Below, in pieces: positions 41,231 to 53,580 of a DNA stretch of 64,000 nt (positions are counted from its first letter, which is position 1; the number at the start of each line of letters is the position of its first letter). Below the pieces are notes generated by a model that ran no database searches, was not told where the DNA came from, and worked only from the letters and a program-made list of their open reading frames with translations. Position numbers and translations under genes: made by a program. Origin of the DNA: Eledone cirrhosa (taxonomy: Eukaryota); assembly GCA_964016885.1 (NCBI GenBank), contig OZ024757.1:5456001-5520000 (forward strand), in the 5' to 3' direction.

Positions 41231-41503
41231 ACGAAGGGATGTTCGGCCCTTGTGGTTAATAAATGAAACCATTTATAGGCCACAAGGGAGGTGGATTGGC
41301 AGTATCGGTTGAGCGTCGGATACCATGCTTTGCAGCATAAAGTTATGTCCCTTTACATCCTGATTTCAAATCCCATCGAGGTTAGTTTTTGCCTATCATC
41401 CTGATGGGGTAGCTAAAATAGAACACCAGTAATGTACTGGGAGCAATTTAATTGACTTCCCCCTCCCCTTCAAATTGCTGACCTTGTGCCTAAAGTAGAA
41501 ACA
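41231..41503 (+). mobile_element. tRNA-derived SINE (longer variant) with 10-bp TSD
   Basis: TSD attattcata at 41221-41230 and 41504-41513; SINE head from ~41286. Confidence 0.75.
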
Positions 41504-41933
41504 ATTATTCATATGGCTGAATAAGCTGATCCCAGAGACTACACAGGCAGTAGGCACCCATTTTCTCTGTTGTAAAGTAAAAGAAAGGGGTCCAAAATAC
41601 CTATAAGCCGGGGGGGGGGGGCTCGCTATAGGTCAATAAAACCCTGTTGTACCATCTCATTTTTCTTTACTATGGTTACCAGGTTTTCATAGTTGTCCAT
41701 ATAGTGCCTGTCTTGAAAGCTTTCTTTTAATCTCTCAAACATATTTATTAAACCAAAGGAATTAAAGCTTCCCAAGGCACTTCATATAATGAGAGAAATA
41801 CAGATTTATTGAGCTGATTAAATTGTTGTAATTACAAGTAGGCTTGAAGTGAATATCTTAGAATTGGCTACTAAGTAAAAGAAATCTGATTTTGTTTAAA
41901 TGAAACATATGCGTAAACTAATTAAACATCTGA

Positions 41934-42415
41934 ATGTATGTATGTATATATGTATGTATATGTGATGTGTATATGTATGTATGTGTGTGTGTATGTATGC
42001 ATGTGTGTATGTATGTGTGTGTGTGTATGTATGACTGTATGTGTATGAGTATGTATGCATGTGTGTATGTGTGTGTATGTATGAATGTATGTGTATGAGT
42101 ATGTATGTGTATATGTATGTATATATATATGTATGTGTGTGTGTGTGTATGTGTATATATATATGTATGTGTGTGTGTATGTATGTATGTATGTATGTAT
42201 GCATACATGTATGTGTGTATGTTTGTATGCATGTATGTGTGTGCATGAGTGTGTGTACATATGTATGTATATATTATGTGTATGCATTTATGTATGTCTG
42301 CATGCATACATACATACACACACACACACATACACCCCCCCCCCCACACACACACACACACATACATACATACATACATACATACATACATACACACATA
42401 CATACATACACATAT
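41934..42415. repeat. Compound (GTAT/GT)n and (CATA/CA)n microsatellites, head to head
   Basis: Direct reading; polarity flips near 42300. Confidence 0.9.
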
Positions 42416-43426
42416 AAATAAATAGATACACATATGTGTGTTGCACATATGTATAGTTGTGTTGTTCTCTTGTATTCCTAATAGTATGGTCTTTTCCTCC
42501 TTTTTCTAACAGAGAACTGGAGAGGTATGTGAGGCGGGGGAAATAGGGTTAAAGTGAAGGGTTGGTGGGGTAAGCAGCAGAAACCTATCAAATTAGGCAA
42601 TGTAATGTAATAGAAACTTATTTCCGGTAAATGCCACCATAGAATAACAAATAATAACAATAATAATCAATGTGGCAACTCTGACTGAAACGATACATGA
42701 TACACGGTAGCGAGGTTATGTACTTGAACTCATCTATGGAGGATTTCTGTTGGTCTAATATAAACACACACACACATACTCTATATCTCTCTCTCTCTAT
42801 CCCTCTCCCTCTCCCTCTCTCGTTATATTTGTATTAATCTCCAGAGTCTAGCTATTGACCAGTTAATTTTCTTGTTTTTTTTTAGTTAATTCTATTGACT
42901 GATTAATAGCTCTTGTTAATTTTAAAACCATTCTGTTGAGAGCTTAATTCGTTTTGTGATATTTTGCAATTTTGCAATAACACACATACTGAATTCATCC
43001 GTCAAAACTAAGGGTTGCCCTCCTTGTCAAGCCCCACGTGGGTTTTGATAACGGTCAGTCCTTGGCATGGCACTGAACTAAAAGCCTGTTGAAAAAGTGA
43101 CTTCCTTGCTCGATCATCATACAAAAAGCTTAACATTATTTGTCTGAGCAGACAGTACTTGATTTAGGAGTTGCAGAAACCCAATGCTGGATATTACCAA
43201 CCTTCCAGGGGTCCGGGTATAATTTTCAATCATATTTTATTTGTTTGACCCGAATTACTTGGTCGTTTCTATGGCTGTGCGGATAATGGTTTAACCATCG
43301 ACTCAGTGTGTTTGGCCTTTTAACTTATGGTGTTGCTCTAGTTCACTAGCTTCTATGGAGCGCTTGCCACACATCTCGGAAGTTGTTTTTCGTTAATTTC
43401 CAATAGCCGAAATACGATTCTCGTTA

Positions 43427-43471
<45 letters not shown>

Positions 43472-43551
43472 GGAAAAATTTGAACAGGGACAAAACAGAG
43501 AGGCAGTACAACAAATGTTTATTAATTTCACGCTCTGGAGAGTGGGGTGTT

Positions 43552-43595
43552 GGTGGGGGACGACGTTTCGGGCATAAGCCCTTCCTCAGGTGGGA
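43552..43595 (-). ncRNA. Hammerhead-like motif with weak stem I, in a Penelope-like fragment
   Basis: Minus strand: ac-CTGAGGA-a-GGGC-ttat-GCCC-GAA-ACGT-C-gt, followed by AATAAA and (TA)n. Confidence 0.45.
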
Positions 43596-44044
43596 CGTGT
43601 GTGGGAACAGAGTTCAAAGGGTGTGTAGGGGAGTGGTGGAGAGACATATAGCGAAAGGAAACGGTGCGAATGAAAAAATAAAAAATAAAAATAAAAATAA
43701 AGCATGATCAAAATACAAGGAATGAGATAAATTTAAAAATAAAGGCATGATCAAAATAAACTGAAATTAAAAGGGGGTTAAACAGGTGGTGGAAGGGCGT
43801 GGGGTGTGTAGGGGTGGTGGCGGGGGGAGTGGGGGAGAGGGAGACGGGGTGTCCGAGCGGGGAGGGCTGAAGGTGGTGTGTGTGTGTAGGTGTGCGTGTG
43901 TGTGTGTGTATGTGAAAGTAAGGGTTGGGGGAAGAAGGGGGTTGCATGTTCAGGAAGAGGTGTGTGTGTGTGTGTGTGGGGGGGGAGTTTGTGGGTATAA
44001 AGTAAAATAAAAAGACAAATGTTTAAAATTTAGCTTCGTTTATT

Positions 44045-44099
44045 ACTGCTATATATATTTCGGTGACAGCCATCTTTGGCTGTGACCTCTTCAGGCAGT
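44045..44099 (-). ncRNA. Minimal type I hammerhead ribozyme, canonical core
   Basis: Minus strand: ACTGC-CTGAAGA-GGTcACAGCCA-aaga-TGGCTGTcACC-GAA-ATATATAT-A-GCAGT-AATAAA. Confidence 0.75.
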
Positions 44100-44929
44100 C
44101 CGAATTAGTGAGGTATAGACAAGTACATATGTTGTTGAGGTGTATAATTTTGTCAATACTCTGATATGCCCAGTTCCTGGTTGGGTTGTTATTTCACTGA
44201 GCAACTGGAATCATATATATACATACATACATCTTCATTCTCCTCTCCATTTTAATTCATTAGTGCATCCATTCGACATTCTCTATCAAGTTTTCCCTGA
44301 ATCCAATCTTTGCCTTTCTACTCGATACTCTGTCGTATTTTCAAAACCTTACCTTCTCGCTGTCGTATTTTCAAAACAAAACAGATCCTTCTTATATATT
44401 TTTTAAATATATTTTGTTATGCTGGCTAAATTTTACCCCAAATGTTGAGGACTGTATTTAAACTCTTAACCTCTGCTCCCTCCTATCTTCTCCCCCCCCC
44501 CCCCTATCATGCTGGTTCCCCCCCCCCGTCTCTATCTATATATATAAGATAAACCCTACCAAGTACGAAAAGATCAGAACCGCCAAATTCCTATTCCGGT
44601 ATGGCTGCTTTCCTGGTATAATGTAACGTACAAATATTTCTTCATTCTCCTCTTCATTTTAATTCATTAGTCCATCCATTCGCCATTCTCTATCATTTTT
44701 TCCCTGAATCCAATCTTTGCCTTTCTACTCGATACTCGGTCGTATTTTCCAAAACAAATCGTGTATTTTTGTTTATGCTTGTTAAATTATGCCCAAAATA
44801 CGGGGATCTTATTTAAACCTTACCTTCTCGCTAACTACCCAACAGCCCTCCCCCACGCACCACCATTATTACGTGGACCAATCATAAGTCAGAGGCCTAT
44901 ACTATCGCTTACCTGGTTGCCTTTCGATA

Positions 44930-46537
44930 TGATGGATGGACTACGGAATTCTGGAGAGTTGAAGAGAGAAAAATCTGGACGCTCAGCGACAATGCCAAAG
45001 ATAAAGACAAATTCACCTCGTGGACGAGATTGCAAGCACTCCTCTTCCTTGTTTCGGCCGCGGATGGCTAACATAACCCCATCTACCCCCGCGCCCCACC
45101 GTTCCCACCCTCCAAACGCAATCCAAAACTTCAGAGTTGGTACCATGAATGTAGGCACCTTAAAGGGTCGCTCTAACGAGGTTGTAGAAATGCTTGAACG
45201 TAAGGAGGTCGATGTTTGTTGTATTCAAGAGACCAGGTGGAGGGGTGGGTCCGCTAGATTCATCGTGGGTAAAGAACGATGCTATAAGCTTTTCTGGGTG
45301 GGAAATGACAATGGGCTGGGTGGAGTAGGAATCATGCTAGCAGAAAAGTGGGCAGATAAGATAATAAACGTAAATAGAGTGAACGACAGAATAATTAAAA
45401 TAAAACTTGTCCTCAATAGAACTACTGTGACAGTAATATCTGCGTACGCACCCCAATCCGGACTGCCCGGCGCTATAAAAGACAGATTCTATGAGACACT
45501 GATGCTCACTACCTCCCAAATAACCGACAGTGACTATATAATTATCGCTGGCGACCTAAATGGTCACGTTGGACAACATTGTGACGGCTATGACGGAATC
45601 CATGGAGGCTATGGGTTTGGTACTAGAAATGAGGAAGGCTCCAGAATCCTGGAATTCTGTGACGCAAATAACCTAGCTATCTGTAACACTGACTTCAAAA
45701 AAGGAGACAATCACTTGATCACCTATAGATCGGGGGAACACACAAGCCAGGTAGATTATATCCTTACCAGGAGATGTGACAGAGTGTCTATTGTAAACAC
45801 TAAATCCCTCCCCCATGAAGAATGTACGTCTCAACATAGACTGATAATTAGCGACCTCATAGTCAGGATGAGACGTACTCTACAGCAGAAGAGGACTATC
45901 CTCAGGAGAAAAATATGGAAATTAAAGGACCCCACAGCCAGTCATAAATTTAAAAGCATATTACTTGATGCTTTTGATAGTAAGGAAGAGCAATTAGAGT
46001 CGTGCAATATAGAGGAACAGTGGGAATTCCTGAAAGCTAACCTGCTGAAGGTGACAGATGAAACCTGTGGCTGGAGCAGGCCTATAGGCAGGAGGAGAGT
46101 AACTTGGTGGTGGAACAGTAAGGTGGAGAGGTCAATCAAGGCCAAAAAGCAGGCTTGGAAAGCATGGCGGGATGGGGGAAGTAGAGAAGACTATCAAGTG
46201 GCCAGGAGGGAAGCTAGGAGACAAGTGTACTTCGCAAGAAGGGAAGCAGAGGAAAGAAAGTTCAAGCATGTTCTACAACGCGAGGACCAAAAACGTGAGG
46301 TGTACAGGATTGCTAGGCAATGTGTCAAGGAAAACAGTGATATTGTCGGGGAGAAGTGTGTCCTAAATGATGATGTTGTACTTGCCATCACTGACGCTGA
46401 TAAGAAGGTAGCTTGGAAGTGTCACTACGAAAGGCTACTAAACGAGGAGAATAATTGGGAGAAAGACAGTCTCCCCCACATCGGCCCAATAGAGGGACCA
46501 GCAGTGCAAGTTGAAGGTAGTATAATAAGTAAGGCCT
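44930..46537 (+). mobile_element. RTE LINE 5' half: open APE endonuclease ORF truncated before the RT
   Basis: GTMNVGTL, CIQETRW, SAYAPQ, AGDLNGHVG, SQVDY, SQHR, WWWN; the ORF runs into a microsatellite. Confidence 0.92.
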
Positions 46538-47044
46538 CCATATACATACACATACATATACATACATATATATATATATATACATACATATATATATACA
46601 CATACATACATACATACACATATACATACATATATATACATATACATACATATACATACATATATACATATACATACATGAGCATATACACATATACATA
46701 AGTATATATACATATACATACATACATATACATATACATACATACATATATACACATACATACATATATACACATACATACATATATACATACATACATA
46801 CATATATACATATACACACATACACATACATACATATACATACATATACACATACATATACATACACATACATATATATATATATATACATACACACACA
46901 TATATGCATACCCACACATATACATACATACATATACATATACACATACATACACATACATATATACACATATACATATACACTCATATATACATATACA
47001 TACATACATACACACACATACATACATATATATATATACATACA
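46538..47044. repeat. Compound (CATA/TA/CA)n microsatellite
   Basis: Direct reading. Confidence 0.9.
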
Positions 47045-47590
47045 TAAAGACAAATCCACCTCATGGACGAGAATGCAAGGGCTCCTCCTCTTTGTTTCGG
47101 CCGCGGATGGCTAACACAACCCCATCCCCGCTCCACACCGCTCCCACCCTCCAAACGCAATCCCAAACTTCAGAGTTGGTACCATGAATGTAGGCACCGT
47201 AAAGGGTGGCTCTAACAAGGTTGTAGAAATGCTTGAACGTAAGGAGGTCGATGTTTGTTGTATTCAAGAGACCAGGTGGAGGGGTGGGTCTGCTAGATTC
47301 ATCGTGGGTAAAGAACGATGCAATAAGCTTTTCTGTGTGGGAAATGACAATGGGCTGGGTATACACATACCACCCAACCACCCCACCGCAAAGTGGTCGT
47401 GGAGGCGCCGCGGCAAAAAAAGCACCCAGCCCACACTGTAAAGCTGACGTGGAGGTGCCACGGAAAAAAAAAGCACCCAGCACTCACTGCAAACGGGGTT
47501 GGCGTCAGGAAGGGCACCCAGCTGTAGAAACCAATCCAGAATCAGCTCCCATCCCACCCTTGCAAGCATGGAAAAGCGGACGTATGATGA
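47045..47590 (+). mobile_element. Internally deleted RTE: 5' ORF start joined to 3' UTR
   Basis: 47045-47360 duplicates 45001-45321, then jumps to the RTE 3' UTR ending ggacgtatgatga. Confidence 0.8.
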
Positions 47591-48390
47591 AGTTGATATA
47601 TATATATATATATATATTGGTATATATATTCACATATATATATACACACATATATATCAGTGTACATATATATATACATATATATATATAAATAAATGAA
47701 TATTTATTCAATTTAAAGCGCCAATTATCTATATATAACAAGATATGAATTTTTCTAGGGATGGGGAAATTTTCAGTTTGTTTTTATATTTTCACTTCAT
47801 TTTTTACTTTCTATTTAATACAGTCTTTGATCCAATATAATCCTGACAGTATTTGAACCAGTTTACCTCATATATATGTATGCACACACAACACTCAAGT
47901 TTCGCCATCTACTGCCATTTTATTCATATTTATTGTTTAATTAACTCTGGTCTAATTCATCAACTATTGTTAATTATATTATTACGTAGATTTCTTATAA
48001 AATCTAGTGCATATATACGTGTATATATACAGGGAGACACTGTAATAGATGTAAAGAGAGTGGGAGATAGAGTTATAGAAGTAAAGAGAGGAAGAGAAAT
48101 AAGCGGTAGATAGAGTAATAGATGTAAAGAGAGGGTTAGAACGTTCAACTTGACAGTCAGTACCAATGTTCAGCATGGTAGCCAGTACATATGCCAACTA
48201 CCCAACCGGCCAGCCAGCCGTATTTGCGGTTGACTGGCCAGTTGGGCGGTTGGTATATGGAACGTTCAACTACGCAGTCAGTACCAAAGTTCAACATTGT
48301 AGCCTGTGCATATACCGATCGCCGCGCCCTCTTTGCTCTTTTTCAATGACCTGGAACTAAGTAAAAAGAGTAGGAGATAACTCGACAAGA

Positions 48391-48475
48391 GCGGAGAGGG
48401 TGAGATTCGAACCATGTAAAGTCGTTGGCTCCTGAAGTTCGTAAGCGGGGCTGCTACTGACTGAGCAACGCCGGC
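48391..48475 (-). pseudogene. tRNA-like sequence (pseudo-tRNA or SINE head)
   Basis: Minus strand gccggcgTTGCTCAGTCAGTAG...GGTTCGAATCtcaccctctccgc with A/B boxes and a T5 run ~22 nt downstream; the acceptor stem does not pair. Confidence 0.45.
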
Positions 48476-49479
48476 AGCAAGGCAAATCGCGCATAAAATA
48501 ACACTTATATCGACAAAATAAAACAACAATTTCAATGTTGCACTCTTGTTTGTTGTTCTTTTATTTTACGTAAACATTTCGCTGCTCTAGCCTCTTATTT
48601 CCTATTAGATTACACTTAATTCCATTAAACATTCATTCTTAGTCTCGTGGTAAACTATTTCATCTTTATTTATATCGCTGTTACAGCCTTTTATTTCTAC
48701 ATCTTTTACCTATAGCCACTGTTACGCCGGTAGTATAAGTAGCTTTATAACAAGAAACGATGATATAACTCCACAAAATGTCTTCTTGAGCAAGATATTT
48801 CACTTCATATTGCTCCAGTACACCGAGTTACACATAGACAGATACATACATACACATATATATGTACACAGATAGAAATAAGAGGTAGATGTAAAGAGAG
48901 GGAGATAGAGTAAAAGGTGTAAAGAGAGTGGGAGAAGGACGAGTTAGATAGTGTAAAAGATTTAAAGAGAGGGTGAGAGTGTGACACACATTTATCTGTC
49001 TATCTCTCTCTATTTTAACACCGGTCGTTATAATTAGTTTTATAACACCGCTATATTACCGACATGAAAGAGGTAAATAATTATTTCTTAAATGTTTAGA
49101 ACATGTTTCTCTTGTCTTCTTAAATGTATAGAACATGTTTCTTATTTATATTCTTAACATAGCTAGGACCTTATCTCATTTACTGGTCTCTACTTTTAGG
49201 ACTTTGCTGGTCCCATGTGCCCTCCATCAAGACACACTCGTCCCTTCTCTTAGCCCCCGTACTAATTACTACATATACGTATATATATTTATTTTAAGAA
49301 ACCTTAATGACAAATAATATAAAGTGTTTGTAAAGTGGGGAAGAGTAGTTTTACGGTGGGGTTGTTATATAGATATCGTTTTTCCATAAAGACTCTTCTT
49401 CAGAAAATTTTAAGATTCCTGATTCTAGAGCCCCCACACTCTCGGGATGAATCGCTGTCGATTGAAATTCTTTATATAT

Positions 49480-49650
49480 GGATTGACAGTATCGGTAGAG
49501 GGTCGGACGCCATGCTTTCCAGCATAGTTACGTCCCGAGTTCAAATCCCACCGAGGTTGACTTTGCCTTTCATCCTTACAGGATCGATAAAATAAAGTAC
49601 CAGTAATGCACTGGGTGATTGCTGGCCTTGTGCCAAAAGTAGAAACAATT
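49480..49650 (+). mobile_element. tRNA-derived SINE with 13-bp TSD
   Basis: TSD attctttatatat at 49467-49479 and 49651-49663. Confidence 0.85.
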
Positions 49651-50283
49651 ATTCTTTATATATATAAAGATAGAGACAGAAATGTATATATATATAACAG
49701 CAACCATTCTGTCTCTGCCTCTTTCTCTTTTAGTCTCTGTCTCTCACTTCCATACATCTCTTCTCTCTCTCTCTCCCATACACTTACATAAGGTAAAGAA
49801 ATTCAACATTGCGGCTCTCTCTAATATATGAAAAGAAAGGCAATGTTTTAACTGACAAGTAATTAGATAGATAAATAGATACAACGTCGCGCACTCATAT
49901 TATGTGTCTGTATGGCTGACTGTCTGAATACGTAAATAAAACACACTCACAAAGGGAGAGAACCACATGGTAAAATATAGTTATCTCCCTTGAAATTATA
50001 ATTTTTTTAATAGAATTTTCATTTGTAGTTATTTACGTGAGTAGGGTTAGGGTATCTCTCATATATATGAGAGAGAGAGAGAGAGAGAGATAGATATATA
50101 TGAGAGAGAGACATAAATATATGTATTGCTTAGATACACAGACTGCATTCCTTTCTCTCTGCCAAAGTGAAATTCTAATCGACACAAATCTTGGATTTTT
50201 ACCGGAGTTAACTCATTACCTTCATCAACAACACCTGTAAAAGGTAAGTACATATATTTAGACGTGATTATTTTTCAATTTTC

Positions 50284-50472
50284 AAGGGCGGTGGATTGGC
50301 AGTATTGGTAGAGGGTCGGACGCCATGCTTTGACGCATAGAGTTACAGCCCTTGCCATTCTGAGTTCAAATCCCGCCGAGGTTAACTTTGCCTTTCATCC
50401 TTACGGGGTCGATAAAATAAAGTACCAGTAATACACTTGGTAATTGCTGGCCTTGTGCCTAACGAAGAAACA
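50284..50472 (+). mobile_element. tRNA-derived SINE with 17-bp TSD
   Basis: TSD attatttttcaattttc at 50267-50283 and 50473-50489. Confidence 0.9.
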
Positions 50473-50709
50473 ATTATTTTTCAATTTTCTCGTTTACGGG
50501 ATTTATTTTAGGTCTCTTAGATATTTCCGACGAGACACGTGTTTGTCGTAACAGGATATAGAAAGCTAATTAAGTAATTTAATTTTAATTTTATTTTTAA
50601 GAGTATATATATTTGTTATTGTTTCTGTTTTTTATATATCGATATATCTGCTAGCATGTATAGTGTGCAAATATATATATATGTAAATTGAAAAGTAAAT
50701 TGACAATAT

Positions 50710-51365
50710 CTTTTTCTTCGCCCACTTATTTCTGATAGGGTCGTGGGGGCAGAGTCCTTCTCAAACACTCTTCCAGCGAGTCTGTCAGTAGCAAACATCT
50801 CTAACTGATGCAGCTGGGTCCCAAAGCGTGACCAGCTAAGCTCATGGATGTTATCCAACTATCTTGCTCAGGGTCTACCTCTGAGTCTCTTGACGGTTGG
50901 TTTTGCCTGTAAAAATGTGTCCAGCGATTCTTTACTGAGACATTCTAACCACATACTCATAATATCAGAGTTGGGATCTCTCAATTCAGAGAATTAGTAG
51001 CTCTACCAGGAGTGACTCTGTTCTCTGGGTTATGCACTTTATCGAGTAACGTTACTCCAAAGAACCTTCGGAGGAATCCCATTTCTGCCACATTTATTTG
51101 CAATTGTATTCTTTTGGTCATTACTCCAGATTCATGATCCTCGGTAAGAGTTGGCAGGAGTACCAGGAAGACATCGAGTTTGGCTTTTACACCTACCCCC
51201 TTTCTTCTGATTGCTGAATGCTGAGGCATTACTGCATCAGCTTTTGCAGTTCTTGCACTTAATTTAGCATCCTGCATTCCATCACTCATGAACACAGCTC
51301 CAAGATACTTGAACCTCTCTACCTGCTTCAGTAGAACTTCATTCACATGTATATAAATTTGAGGG
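50710..51365 (-). mobile_element. RTE-like LINE 3' fragment (second family)
   Basis: LKQVERFKYLG...AEMGFLRRFFGVTLLDKV. Confidence 0.82.
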
Positions 51366-51529
51366 ACTTCTGTCCACCCGTCCATCACACAATGTGTATG
51401 TGTGTGTAAAAGGAAGGAAAGGGATACACACATATGTCTAACTTAAAAACAGTGACACACACGTGTCTCTAATTTAAGAACGCCGACAAACTCGCACGTT
51501 CACATACACACACTGTCCTATTACCACTC

Positions 51530-52150
51530 ATGAGCTTTGGCCCGGGCATACATCCCCTCAATTTTGAAACCGTCTGGGTTGTCCAGAATTGATGGGAAAA
51601 GACTTCACGGTCAAGAGGCAGGTGCCTTACCTGGGACGTCACAGTTAGTGATTCTTTTGCTTCTTCCCACATTCTGGATGCAGCGGTAAGGGCGAGAGCT
51701 ACAGCATCCGCAGCTGAATGGAACAAAATCCTAAAATACCGTGTTCTGTCAGCTAACTACAATATCCAGCCTGGGGGAGTCGGGCTACTGACAGCGAGCT
51801 TCTTATCTTCACTGGTGGCTCACCAAACAGAGGTAACTGTTGATTATCGTGAGGGCACTTGGTTATTCCAGCACCTCAGCCTCGCCATTACTCCAGGTAA
51901 CGCTGTGATCGTGCTGGCCTGCCACAAATATTATTAGAGAGGCTTCCCAGTGCTCCTCGCTATATTGCTATCTTTTGCTCTGGTAGCGGCACGTTTTCCA
52001 TTCTTTCGTCTGCATATTGTTCTATGGTCTAAGATGTGGGTATTACCTGCTTGTGTATTTTCCCCTTTCCTTCGTATATATTATATTTGTTTGTGTTTTC
52101 CTTCTAATTATACAAATGAGTTAAACTGTGTTGTTAATAAATAAATAAAA
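51530..52150 (+). mobile_element. CRE-like non-LTR retrotransposon remnant: restriction-like endonuclease C-terminus, 3' UTR and A-rich tail
   Basis: IPSILKPSGLSRIDGKR, a frameshift, then RGRCLTWDVTVSDSFASSH...AAEWNKILKY...WLFQHLSLAITPGNA...stop at 51937; tail aataaataaataaaa. Not in the ORF track. Confidence 0.72.
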
Positions 52151-52436
52151 CGTTATACTTGTTTTACCCTCCCATTTTTAATTCACTGAACAATATCATG
52201 AGTGTGTGTTTGTGTAAATGTATGTCTGTGAGGGTGTATTTTTATAAGGGGTTGTTCTTCTCTATTTCTTTCTCTCTCCTTGTCTGGAAGAAATCAACTG
52301 TTGAAACCTGATCAGTGAAGGGCTCCACCCTTGCAAGCATGGAAAAGCGGACGTATGATGAAGTTGATATCTATATATATATACACATACATATATGTAC
52401 ATATATATATATACACACACATATATATCAGTGTAC

Positions 52437-52488
<52 letters not shown>

Positions 52489-53580
52489 GAATATTTATTC
52501 AATTTAAAGCGCCAATTATCTATATATAACAAGATATGAATTTTTCTAGGGATGGGGAAATTTTCAGTTTGTTTTTATATTTTCACTTCATTTTTTACTT
52601 TCTATTTAATACAGTCTTTGATCCAATATAATCCTGACAGTATTTGAACCAGTTTACCTCATATATATGTATGCACACACAACACTTAAGTTTCGCCATC
52701 TACTGCCATTTCATTCATATTTATTGTTTAATTAACTCTGGTCTAATTCATCAACTATTGTTAATTATATTATTACGTAGATTTCTTATAAAATCTAGTG
52801 CATATATACGTGTATATATAGAGGGAGACACTGTAATAGATGTAAAGAGAGTGGGAGATAGTTATAGAGTTTATTTTTACGTTTTGTATTGGGGAAAAAT
52901 TTTCCATTTAATTAATTTCATCATTTTGTTGTATATACACACATGCATATATACAATTGTTATATATATATATAAAATCTCATATAAGATGGGAGTTATT
53001 AGAATACCTTGCAGTATTCCTTTTTGTTCTATGCTCTCTGAGTTGAAATCCCGCCGAGGTCAACTTTGCCTTTCATCCCTTGGAGGTTGATAAAAAAAGT
53101 ACCAGTGGAATACTGATGTGAATTCTTCCTCTCTTTATTTTTCTCACTTTATCTTTTTATGAATAAAAGTACCAGTCAAATACTGGGTTCCTCTCTTCTC
53201 TGTGTTTTTGCTGCTTTTTCCCTGTCTATCTTTCTGGAAGAATTTGCTATTTTTAGAACTGGAGGGGTGGGATTTGTTAGGGATTAAGGTTAGAAAATGA
53301 AAGATATATATGTATATATATGTATAATATGTGTGTTGATGAAATTATGTTGGTGGTGGTGGTGGTAAAAATTGTTTTGCAAGATTTATCTGGAAAAATC
53401 TGTTGAATTATATTGTTTTGTTTTCACTTTGATTTATTATATAATTATGGTTGGTTGGTTGTCTCTCTCGTGGTTACTGGTATTGTCTCTCTGTTCTCTC
53501 GTTTGACAAACGACTTTATAAAAGCTGACTCAATATTGTTCAATGTTTTACTGCTACTTTAAGAGACGGGTGGGCAAAGG

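Noticed and set aside
44761-46701. 646-aa host gene
   Set aside because: RTE endonuclease ORF with a non-ATG start and a microsatellite-encoded tail.
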